A stretch of 64,000 nucleotides of DNA, from the NCBI GenBank assembly GCA_951406725.2, contig OX597819.1, forward strand, positions 87,110,001 through 87,174,000, in the 5' to 3' direction. The position numbers were made by a program, and so were the translations under genes. This DNA is from Octopus vulgaris (Eukaryota). Below are positions 16,151 through 26,562 of this stretch, piece by piece. A model generated the notes under the pieces. It was not told the DNA's origin, searched no databases, and was given only the letters and a program-made list of their open reading frames with translations. The stretch's first letter is position 1, and every line of letters begins with the position of its first letter.

Positions 16151-16346
16151 TAATAATAACAACATCGAAAAATACCTTAGGAATGAGAACCCAGGTTCGA
16201 AATTTCCCCCAGACATCTGATGAAGGTAGGAGGGTATATCAGCCGAAACGTTGTGTTAATAACAAACAAGATAACGACAAATATCCGTCAAATGTTAATA
16301 ATGTAAATAATGTATATAATTCCTCATCTCTTAAATATAGAACTGA
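15921..16346 (+). mobile_element. tRNA-headed Penelope pLTR/SINE-like element with an inverted head copy
   Basis: tRNA-like head at 16001-16063, inverted copy at 15921-15989, then (AAT)n and a hammerhead; same sequence as the 3' end of the PLE at 38890-39090. Confidence 0.75.
16212..16257 (+). ncRNA. Minimal type I hammerhead motif in a Penelope-type pLTR
   Basis: gacat-CTGATGA-agg...gcc-GAAACGTT-gtgtt; palindromic ACGT stem III; stem II partly mutated. Confidence 0.6.
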
Positions 16347-16959
16347 ACAACAACAACAACCAAAACTATGTGAGATATGAGTGACAAGTATTAATTTGTT
16401 ATTGACTTAAAAATCATCGCATATTTAAGATGTTCCTTTAGTAAATACTCAGGTCTCAAACTCACATTACGCCCACCTTTTGCTTTACAATTAAATATTT
16501 GTTGAAGACTAATGTCTAAGAATAATGTTTAAGGCACATTTTCAAGAAATACGCTCAACATCAGTTGGAAAACGTCGAAATATGAATACAATGAATATTT
16601 CTAGGGACCCAGTTCGCAAAACTGGAAGTGTACAAGCCTTAGCAGTAATGTTATTACAGGAAGATATGAAGACAATGTGCCCTTGAAGCTATAGCTGAAG
16701 GTTTGATACAAAGATATGTAACGAACTTAGTGTGAATATCTTCTCTTGTACTTTCGGGGTACAAGAAAGCAATCACTAGCCGTTGCTTTAATAATCCAGA
16801 TTCTCTACCAGTCAGAAACAACAAGACGCAGACGTAAAAGATATATATACTACTTTATTCTCTTTCTTGGTAACAGTAACAATAAGTGGTTATCTGATGT
16901 CCTTGGTTCTGGGCGCGCAAGGCTGAAAGTTAATCGATTGTAATATTTACAATGTTCAG

Positions 16960-17310
16960 CCGCTAAAAACAGAACGGATCAAAGATGGCGTCCGGAACAG
17001 GGAAGATGAATGTGGTCGGCAACAATTTGGTTAAAAGCTTTCGGCCGACTGCTATCAAAGCTGGACAGCGAGAAAATATACGTCCGTCGCCTTCGGTCGC
17101 TGCCGTCCCAAGTCGTTGGCTGCTGCTGCTAGCGGTCAAACGTTCTACGACCCCCTTGCCTTGGCTAACTACCACGTAGGCAAAAGGGTCGTGCTTCCGG
17201 TGGTTCGCGCATGCGCGAGAGGGCCCTTCCTTTCTGTGCCCTGGTGAAGGCACCAACACTCGCACGCGCGAAATAGAAAATGGACGGTGCGCGCGCGCGC
17301 ACCGTTATAG
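16960..17310. promoter_or_regulatory. CpG-rich island with NRF1-, ETS- and YY1-like motifs; candidate promoter/first exon or structured RNA
   Basis: tcgcgcatgcgcga at 17205-17218, gcttccggt at about 17193-17201, aagatggcg at 16982-16990, 22-bp palindrome at 17284-17305; GC and CpG content visibly above the flanks. Confidence 0.5.
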
Positions 17311-17428
17311 GATCACTACAGATACATATAATGCGTAGACATGCTTCTAAGTTTACTCGAAATGTGCATTTCGAGTTTCTAAACATGCAAATTGGTTTTG
17401 ATGGTTTTTATACATACAAGTGTTGCTA

Positions 17429-17515
17429 CGAACGCAGGAGTGTCAAATTGATTTTAGAGAATGATTCTTCTGTCTTCTCCCTATCGAATAAAAATTTCTT
17501 TTTATTACACGCAGA

Positions 17516-17556
<41 letters not shown>

Positions 17557-17663
17557 GTATATATATATATATATATATCTGCGTGTAATAAAAATAAATT
17601 TTTATTCGATAGGGAGAAGACAGAAGAATCATTCTCTAAAATCAATTTGACACTCCTGCGTTC

Positions 17664-17664
<1 letters not shown>
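17429..17664. mobile_element. Foldback MITE-like element with (TA)n core
   Basis: About 88-bp near-perfect inverted arms (17430-17518 and 17574-17663) with TA flanks. Confidence 0.8.
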
Positions 17665-17722
<58 letters not shown>

Positions 17723-17753
17723 CGCGCGCGAGTGTGTGTACATATATATATAT

Positions 17754-17917
17754 AGGTACAGGTGTGGGTGTATGGTAAGAAGCTTGCTTCCTAACCACTT
17801 GCTTCCGGGTTCAGTCCCACTGTGTGACACACTGGGCAAGTGTCTTCTGCTATAGCATCGAGCCAACCAAAGACTTGTGAGTAGATTTGGTGGACAGAAA
17901 CTGAAAGAGATCTGTCG

Positions 17918-17964
<47 letters not shown>

Positions 17965-18170
17965 CTGTGTTTGTCCCCCTACTATCGTTTGATAGCCGAT
18001 GCTGATGTGTTTACGTCCCCGTAACTTAGCGGCTTGGCAAAAGAGGCCGATAAAATAAGTACTAAGCTTACAAAGAATACATTCTAGCAGCGATTTCTTC
18101 TACTGAAGCGGTGTTCCAGTATGGCCACAGTCAAATGAATGAAACAAACAAAAGAATAAAAATAAAAGAA
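17754..18170 (+). mobile_element. tRNA-derived SINE, family A
   Basis: Homologous to the reverse complement of 36-451. Confidence 0.85.
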
Positions 18171-18490
18171 TGTATATATGTATGTATATATGTGTTTGTG
18201 TGTGTGTATGTCTGTACGTATGTATGCGTTTGCGTGTGTACATATGTATACATATATATGCATACATATATATTTATGCATGCATATCCATGCATGTGTG
18301 AGTGCGCGCGTGTGAGTGTGTGTGCGCGCGTGTGTGTGTGTGTCTGTGTGCGTGTGTCGATACATAAATAGAGATATGTAACGATTTGTTTCACAGTTTA
18401 AATAGTCAATGAACCGCTGCCAAAATACTAAAATATCGTCTCTCCACCTCCAAAATAATCCAAAATTACAATGATATAATATCAGTTAAT

Positions 18491-18496
18491 TTTATT
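18491..18496 (-). terminator. Candidate poly(A) signal of chitin synthase
   Basis: AATAAA on the minus strand about 165 nt after the stop. The AT-rich context makes it non-specific. Confidence 0.35.
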
Positions 18497-18659
18497 ACGT
18501 CAATTACATTAATGAGATTGAATTTATATCTTGAATAAAAATAAACAAACATTGGTACAAATAACATGTGCTTTATAGTATTATGAATAAAGCAATTAAT
18601 AATATAAACTAAAATTGTTAATTTTTTTTGATAGTTTTTAAGATTATGCTCGAACAATA

Positions 18660-20197
18660 TTATAAATGACTTTCTTCGTTATAGTCCACGCTGCTGTTAT
18701 ATGATAATGCTATTTTTTTAGACATTGCCATGGAAGGAATGCTGTTCTTATGTTTTCCTGGTGAGATGACAGTAGCAAGATTTCTCTTTCTTAAAGTTTC
18801 ATGAAGTGTTATTGCACCATGAGTGGACATTTTTCGTATTCGTTCAGAGACCTTTCGGGTAAATGCAGATTTCTGGGTCGATTTTACACTTTTTGTAAGG
18901 GAATATCTCATTTTTCTAACTACCTCTCTTTGGTCAATATTATTAAGTTCAAGGGGCGTATGAGGATCCGCTTGTTCAGAAATAATGTTAGTGCAAGAAA
19001 TGATGTGAAAAAATGTCTCTAACCTATGTAGAATCATTCCAAAAAACTGAAGCGCAAAAATAAAGGCAAAAAGTGAAAGAAACAGGAAAGAAAATGGTTC
19101 AATTTTAACATCGTCCTCTTCTCTTGGGATAGTAAACATAAAAGGCTTCCGGTATTGAAACATAAAATTAATAACCATCCACATTAGGTTGAGTAAAGTC
19201 ATAGCATGACAACAACTTGTACGAAAATACAGCAAATTCTCCTTTCCTCTTTCTTCTTCTTCTTTAGTGAACTCAAGAGGATAAAGATATTTGGTGATGA
19301 ATTGCTTCCAAAACTTACTTTCTGTCTTTGAAAGCTTTGCTCTCAATCCATTTCCGAGACACGAATGTTTCATCCAAAAATGTGGTGAACCTTTCTTCTC
19401 TGGTGTTGTTCCTTCCTCTTCGAAGAATCTGACTTTTGATTTGTTCATACTTCTATAACTTCTCGATTTTGATTTCGTCAGTGACATTGTTTCCATTGAC
19501 TCCATTGTATCCATTGTCTCCATTGTTCCCATTGTCTCCACTGAATCCGTTGTGCTGGCTTCATTCAAGGTTCTATCTGAAAGAGCTTTTATGTTTTCAT
19601 TCATTTCCCGTAAAAGTGTTAACATTGCGTTATCTTCTTCTTTCTTATCCTTATAGAACAGATTCTTAACCATCGACATCAATTCTGAAATTCCAAGCAT
19701 TTTGCTAAGTGTTGAGGATACAGAAGTTTCGTTAGCATTCGGTTTAATTTCTTCGGTTGTAGCTAACAGTTTTTTTTCTCTCGTACCCCAGGATACAATA
19801 TGCATATTACTCATTGAGTAAATAACTAGAATTAAATATCCCAGTGGTATACAGATAAAGTATACGATTCCACAAATTAAGCAGTAGAGTTCCTGTAAAT
19901 GTAATAAACCAGACAATGTAACAAGAATGGTCATACTCAGTATGACGATTACTCCTGGATTGAAAACTGATGTTTCTGCAGCTTGGATAATGACTCCAAC
20001 CATTACAGCTAACATAATAAAAGTGTAAATAGCACTTTGTAAAGAAGCTAAAACCAGCTGTGTTTCAGTTTTCAAATAAAAGCATGCTAGACCAAACAAA
20101 ATATTCGGTATGAGTACCAGTAAATAGGACAATGGTATTCCTATTTGAAACACAGAATCAAGTGACACTGCAATCATCATCATAACGGTCCCAGGTC
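18660..20197 (-). CDS. Chitin synthase terminal exon (TM helices, SWGTRE, coiled-coil region, C-terminal TMs)
   Basis: tttttttttag acceptor, starts GPGTV, contains SWGTRE and YLYP, ends at TAA 18660-18662. Confidence 0.96.
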
Positions 20198-20603
20198 CTA
20201 AAAAAAAATGAGATGATTTAGTTGCATACTTGTATAACACACACACACATACATAAAGGTAGAAATATATGTCACTAAAGTCACTAAGGGCACTAATCAG
20301 CAGCAGCATTATTAGAAATAAGAGTCAAAACAACTAAAAAAAAAATCAGGCACTATCTTCATGGCTAACAAGGGAGGCAAGCTCTCTATGGCATAATATA
20401 TAGCCACAACATCCATGATTTCGCATTTGATTCACACGCATCTTAATGCTCAACGGTGGCTCTCACCTAGGTTTAAACTCAGCTCATCTTGTCAGCTTAT
20501 AAGATTTCCGTTAAAATCATACACTAATTTCATAGACGGTAAAAGGGAAAATTAAAAATAATATTTATGGCAAATTTTCATATATATATATATATATATA
20601 TAC

Positions 20604-20713
20604 ACCGGAGTAAACACATAAATGTGAAACAAGGTGGAAAAAATAGAACTCAAATACCAGAGGTAGAGTAATATGCTTTATTTAAAAGCAGCAGAAATAT
20701 ACTTTTAAATAAA

Positions 20714-20809
<96 letters not shown>

Positions 20810-20955
20810 TACCGGAGTAAACACATAAATGTGAAACAAGGTGGAAAAAAGAGTACTTAAATACAAGTGGTAGCGTAATATGCTTTAATTAAAAGCAGCA
20901 GAAAATTCAACAAAACCTGTTACTCTGAGTTTCACGTTCCCGTTCGTCGGACATT
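20604..20955 (-). mobile_element. Partial tandem Penelope-type pLTR fragments in (TA)n
   Basis: Direct repeat accggagtaaacacataaatg... at 20604 and 20811; the second copy ends in a hammerhead. Confidence 0.6.
20918..20953 (-). ncRNA. Minimal type I hammerhead motif (U4C core variant)
   Basis: Minus strand tgt-CCGACGA-acg ggaa cgt-GAAACTC a GAGTA-aca. Confidence 0.6.
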
Positions 20956-21014
20956 TATATATACATACATATACATAAATATATATACAAACATATATAT
21001 GCATATATGCAAAC

Positions 21015-21058
<44 letters not shown>

Positions 21059-21059
21059 T

Positions 21060-21690
21060 ACAGCGAATAATTGTCTAAATTACTCAAATATGAAAATAAC
21101 ATTGACATCTCATTTTAACAGATATATTTACTAAAATTACATAAAATTACATAACCTCCCTATCACTGGATGCTTGATTTTATCACTCTTGGTACATGTT
21201 TTGGAAACACGAAAAACCAACGGTTGTTCTGTGTGCTCACCATCTAATCCTGGCTTGGGATAAAATTTGGCCCTTTCTCATCTTGTGTGAGGAATACTGA
21301 ATATCTTCATGCACTACCTGTCTGATTATAAACTCAGACATTCCCATGTCCCTGGCAAGGAACTTGATTGACTTGGAGGGATCGTTGTCAATCATAGCCT
21401 GGATCTCACCAGCAAATTCAAGAGTTCTTTTCTTATCAGAGTGAGTTTTCCGAGCTATCGTACCTTCGTAATCACCATTAGATTCATCCAACTCTTTCCG
21501 AATCCTCTGCTCTGTCCTCAGATTGACACCCAAATACACTGAAATGTTCGTATTGGAGCTTCCGGCCTGAATCCCAAGCAGTACAGTATGTCATTTCCAA
21601 ATTTCTGGCAGATTGAATTGCGTCATAGTGCTGTTTCTTTCACAGACGGTGCCCAAATGATCCTAATATACTGTGTAGTCGACAAAATAT
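21060..21690 (-). mobile_element. Decayed Tc1/mariner-superfamily transposase fragment
   Basis: HTH-like IDNDPSKSIKFLARDMGMSEFIIRQVVHED. Confidence 0.65.
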
Positions 21691-22279
21691 ACACGTTTTG
21701 TTTTTGCCTCATATTTTATATACGAGGTAATATAAAGAAGTACTGAAAATAATTGTTTTGAGATTAACGATATCTCATCTTAGATATCTATCACACTTCT
21801 AATGCAATCATGATACCATCCCCACCGCCAGAATAAAAAATCGTATTAGTATAGTGTCGATTATATTTTAAGGTGCTGAGTACATGTTTCTTTTGGGATT
21901 CGGTTTATTAAACCAAAACTAGAGGGGTAGTTTCTTAAATGATTTAACGTTAAATGAGTTAACTAGAAATGTCATCTCTAAGTCACTTCATTTTCTAAAA
22001 ATAACTGTTGATGAATTTACTTCAGCTGTTGTATATCAGTCAGTATAGAATGGCTTGATTTGCTGAAATTAGTATATTTACTTAAGTTAACCATTTAATT
22101 TTGAAAGGGAGCTAGCATAAATTTCCAAAGAAAGAGATTGTAGATAATGGTATGCTATACATTAGAACATAACTAAGAGTAAGAAAGCCACTGTTTTCTG
22201 AAGACGTAAAATAGTTTGGTTGTATAACATTATTTAGATAAAACAAACAATGAATCTATATATAAAAAAATTTCCTTAC

Positions 22280-22534
22280 CAATTATTGTTAACATCATAA
22301 TGAACAACTGATACAAGATGAACCAAATGCTCACATTATCATTTTTTTGTACAGTTAGTTTGTAACTGGCTAAAAGATCTAAGACATTGGCAATAGTTGA
22401 AGGCATCCAACGTCGACGCTGGTTGAAAAATTCATTGAATGTTTCTGGGGCAAAAGTGTAGGCATCAGCGGCCGCGCAATAACCAATCTTATAGCCCTGT
22501 TGAAGAAGGAGAGTACACAACCATCGATCTTCTC
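22280..22534 (-). CDS. Chitin synthase exon (EDRWLCTLL...QRRRW)
   Basis: cag acceptor and gtaagg donor; EDR catalytic motif and QRRRW processivity motif. Confidence 0.98.
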
Positions 22535-24530
22535 CTGTAAAAAAAGATAAAAAATGTTTTGCCGTTTAGCTAGTAAATATATTGATCAATAGCTAATTAA
22601 CATTAGTTGTGGATCAATATCGTAGCAAGAAAGAACAAAAAATAATTGTTATAATTACAATTAAAAGAAACTAATTCAAACTATATAAGACACTAAACTG
22701 ATTCAAAAAAAGATACGCGGTTACCAGATTACTAGAATTAACAACCAAATCTCTCCCAAATCACACACTACCACCTTTAAAAAAATGGAACGATTCGTTG
22801 ACTAATGAAATTCTAGATATACAAAATGAAAATATGAATGGTTATGGTTGGGATACCTTTCATCATAAGTTTAATCAACTGCCTTGTGACTAAATAACAA
22901 AAACAAACAACAAATCATGAGCAACAAGGTGAAATTTGACCTCTTTGAGATAACAACCAAATTACTCTATAGTCTTAGAAATAAAACAGCACTTTAAATA
23001 ATATATTACTATGAATACAACATCTTTAAAAAATCGAAGATAATTTCTATCAAAGCTACAGTTAAACTAAATAGCATTAAAAACATTACTTTTCTTTAAT
23101 TCATGAAACAGTGTGAATATAACTTGCTTGGTTAAGAAGTTCGCTTGGCAAAAACGTTTTGAATTCAGTCTTATTACATAGCATGTTGGGGAAGTATTTA
23201 CTACTATAACTTCGGTTTAATCAACACCTTATGAGTGAATTTGGTATACAGAAACTGTGTGGAGGTCCCTCGTATATGTGTATGTGTGTGTGTTAATGCA
23301 ATATAAATAATTGCCGGCTTTATAAGATGAAATTTATAACAGAGATGTAATTTTCTCTATATGTAATTTTTATAGTCGTTTATGCTAATTTTCTTGAAAT
23401 TCTGCCAAAGGGTTTTTGGATTTACCTGTCATGCATGAGGATTTATTTGTGATCTGTATTCTACTTACATTTACTGGTGTTTAATTGTTGACCATATGTA
23501 ACCAAATTAAAATTATTTTAATAATTGGTGTTTTATTGATATCTGCCAGGAATTTTTAATTCCTTTTTTTTCTTCTAAAAAAATATATATATACGTGTAG
23601 AAAGAGAGTTAGCTCCAGGCAATCTATAGTAAATATAATCAAGACTAGCTTAAGGTGACCCGCGCGTAGAGCGGGTAAGAGTGTGGTTGTTACTTTCTGT
23701 TGCTTCCTTTCTGTTTTTTATCACCACATTCTCCCTCTTTGTTTCTCTCTCCTTTCTCTCTCACTTTCCCACTCTCTTACTCTTCCTTTCTCACGGAGTC
23801 TCCCTCGCTTTCTCTTACTCTCTATCTTTCTCTATCTCTCTCTCTCTTCCATTTATAAACAACAAAAGATCTTGAGTAAGTTGAGAAATAAAATATTTTG
23901 AAAGATCAATCATAAATATCAGGCAGTGACAACGGAAAGGTCTGCTTCAAGGCAGACAGCAAAATACTAACATTTAAAAGGGACAGACGAACTTGCGAGC
24001 TGAATAAAAATAAAAAAAATATTGGAAACCAAAGTTTGAAGGGATAGAATCTGAGGATAGTAGAGTCACCATGGCTGGCATTTCTTAACGACGGACAGCA
24101 ACGTCTGGCGTAAAATTTTGAACTTGATGTAAAAGAAAATTCCTAAACACCAAGTTTTGAAGTGATTCTTTCTTACGACAGTAGACTCACCATTGCAAGC
24201 ATTCAAAACTTCTTCATCATGGACGGCAACACATTGACGATTTAAAGGCTGGCGCAAATTTTTAGCTTGATGTAACAGAGAATTCCTAAACACCCGCTCC
24301 TGTAAATTTTAATCCCCTTCCAGCCCCATTTAGACCCCTTTTCACATTTTGGTTAATATAACCAGATTTCGTTCGAGTCTACCCGGGCCACATTTTATAA
24401 GATATAAGGAATTTTGTCCTAGAGGTCACGCCTTTCATTTGAGGAAAAAAATAGTTGGCATGCAAACTCAGCAGCACTTTTAACATAGGTGTGCATATTT
24501 TCAGCTCAACCGATCTCATAATGCACACAT

Positions 24531-24567
<37 letters not shown>

Positions 24568-24654
24568 CTGTCTCTGTGTGTCTGTGTGTGTGCGTGTGTG
24601 TGTGTGCGTATGTGAGTGTGTGTGTGTGTACACATTATATATACAAATGTATGC

Positions 24655-24696
<42 letters not shown>

Positions 24697-24915
24697 CAAT
24701 ATAGGGTGGCAAAAAAATTTTGTAGAATTCTTTTGCCACCAGCGGCCTAGTAGGAAAAAATTAAATAGTCATAAACCATTTTTACGTTCAACATCACAAT
24801 CAAGGAACGGCCATAATAGGCCATTCACCTACTAGAAATAACAGCCAAAAGCTTTAACCGCAAAATAACATTAATACCGTAAACCAGGAGAAAATTGAAA
24901 AACTTTTACCCTGTA

Positions 24916-25022
24916 ATTTCTTAGACGATGCACCGTTTCATCTACCGTTTAATGGTAAACTAACCTGATTAAATTAAATCAAGCCAATCCACCATAGGCC
25001 CTTAGACTCATCAGTAAGAAAT
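24916..25022 (-). ncRNA. Type I hammerhead ribozyme (retrozyme copy, sense to the chitin synthase pre-mRNA)
   Basis: Exact reverse complement of 25820-25926. Confidence 0.9.
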
Positions 25023-25819
25023 AGCCAAATCGGGACAGATATTTTTCACGAGGCATTCCTCTTGCTGCCTCGGCAGTATCTGACCTAAAATTTTCAAATC
25101 GTCGCACTCGCGCCAAATTTATCGGCAGCAAATGAACCACCGATTCCGTTACGGAACTAACCAGAAAATTCATAATTAATCAATATAGGGTGGCAAAAAA
25201 ATTTTGTAGAATTCTTTTGCCACCAGCGGCCTAGTAGGAAAAATTAAATAGTCATAAACCATTTTTACGTTCAACATCACAATCAAGGAACGGCCATAAT
25301 GAGGCCATTCACCTACTAGAAATAACAGCCAAAAGCTTTAACCGCAAAATAACATTAATACCGTAAACCAGGAGAAAATTGAAAAACTTTTACCCTGTAA
25401 TTTCTTAGACGATGCACCGTTTCATCTACCGTTTAATGGTAAACTAACCTGAAAAGTTTTTCAATTTTCTCCTGGTTTACGGTATTAATGTTATTTTGCG
25501 GTTAAAGCTTTTGGCTGTTATTTCTAGTAGGTGAATGGCCTATTATGGCCGTTCCTTGATTGTGATGTTGAACGTAAAAATGGTTTATGACTATTTAATT
25601 TTTTTCCTACTAGGCCGCTGGTGGCAAAGAATTCTACAAAATTTTTTGCCACCCTATATTGATTAATTATGAATTTTCTGGTTAGTTCCGTAACGGAATC
25701 GGTGGTTCATTTGCTGCCGATAAATTTGGCGCGAGTGCGACGATTTGAAAATTTTAGGTCAGATACTGCCGAGGCAGCAAGAGGAATGCCTCGTGAAAAA
25801 TATCTGTCCCGATTTGGCT

Positions 25820-25926
25820 ATTTCTTACTGATGAGTCTAAGGGCCTATGGTGGATTGGCTTGATTTAATTTAATCAGGTTAGTTTACCATTAAACGGTAG
25901 ATGAAACGGTGCATCGTCTAAGAAAT
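25820..25926 (+). ncRNA. Type I hammerhead ribozyme (retrozyme copy)
   Basis: Stem I atttctta/taagaaat, CTGATGA at 25828-25834, stem II gtcta/tagat, GAAA at 25903, stem III acgg-tgca-tcgt, GUC cleavage after 25918. Confidence 0.9.
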
Positions 25927-26302
25927 TACAGGGTAAAAGTTTTCAATTTTCTCCTGGTTTACGGTATTAATGTTATTTTGCGGTTAAAGCTTTTGGCTGT
26001 TATTTCTAGTAGGTGAATGGCCTATTATGGCCGTTCCTTGATTGTGATGTTGAATGTAAAAATGGTTTATGACTATTTAATTTTTTCCTACTAGGCCGCT
26101 GGTGGCAAAAGAATTCTACAAAATTTTTTTGCCACCCTATATTGATTAATTATGAATTTTCTGGTTAGTTCCGTAACGGAATCGGTGGTTCATTTGCTGC
26201 CGATAAATTTGGCGCGAGTGCGACGATTTGAAAATTTTAGGTCAGATACTGCCGAGGCAGCAAGAGGAATGCCTCGTGAAAAATATCTGTCCCGATTTGG
26301 CT

Positions 26303-26409
26303 ATTTCTTACTGATGAGTCTAAGGGCCTATGGTGGATTGGCTTGATTTAATTTAATCAGGTTAGTTTACCATTAAACGGTAGATGAAACGGTGCATCGT
26401 CTAAGAAAT
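26303..26409 (+). ncRNA. Type I hammerhead ribozyme (retrozyme copy)
   Basis: Identical to 25820-25926; cleavage predicted after C26401. Confidence 0.9.
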
Positions 26410-26530
26410 TACAGGGTAAAAGTTTTCAATTTTCTCCTGGTTTACGGTATTAATGTTATTTTGCGGTTAAAGCTTTTGGCTGTTATTTCTAGTAGGTGAA
26501 TGGCCTATTATGGCCGTTCCTTGATTGTGA

Positions 26531-26562
<32 letters not shown>

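Larger units (their letters stand above)
24693..26531. repeat. Inverted tandem array of a ~483-bp hammerhead-bearing unit (candidate non-LTR retrozyme)
   Basis: Period 483-484 bp (same 64-aa ORF at 25669 and 26152; taatcaat at 24693 and 25177). Minus arm 24693-25451, plus arm 25452-26531, (TA)n on both sides. Confidence 0.92.

Noticed and set aside
16985-17179. 64-aa plus-strand ORF with a good start context
   Set aside because: No recognisable homology; the aagatggcg context is equally explained as a YY1-like site.
16960-17310. 7SK, RNase P/MRP, U3 or telomerase RNA
   Set aside because: Diagnostic motifs and a telomeric template are not visible, and internal T4 runs argue against a Pol III transcript.
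25669-25863. Repeated 64-aa ORF (also at 26152 and 24979) as a protein gene
   Set aside because: No recognisable domain and it overlaps the ribozyme core; its recurrence only reflects the repeat. Translation from a circle is not excluded but is unsupported.
24693-26531. CRISPR array or simple satellite
   Set aside because: No repeat-spacer structure and a eukaryotic context; the units carry ribozyme cores and an inversion.
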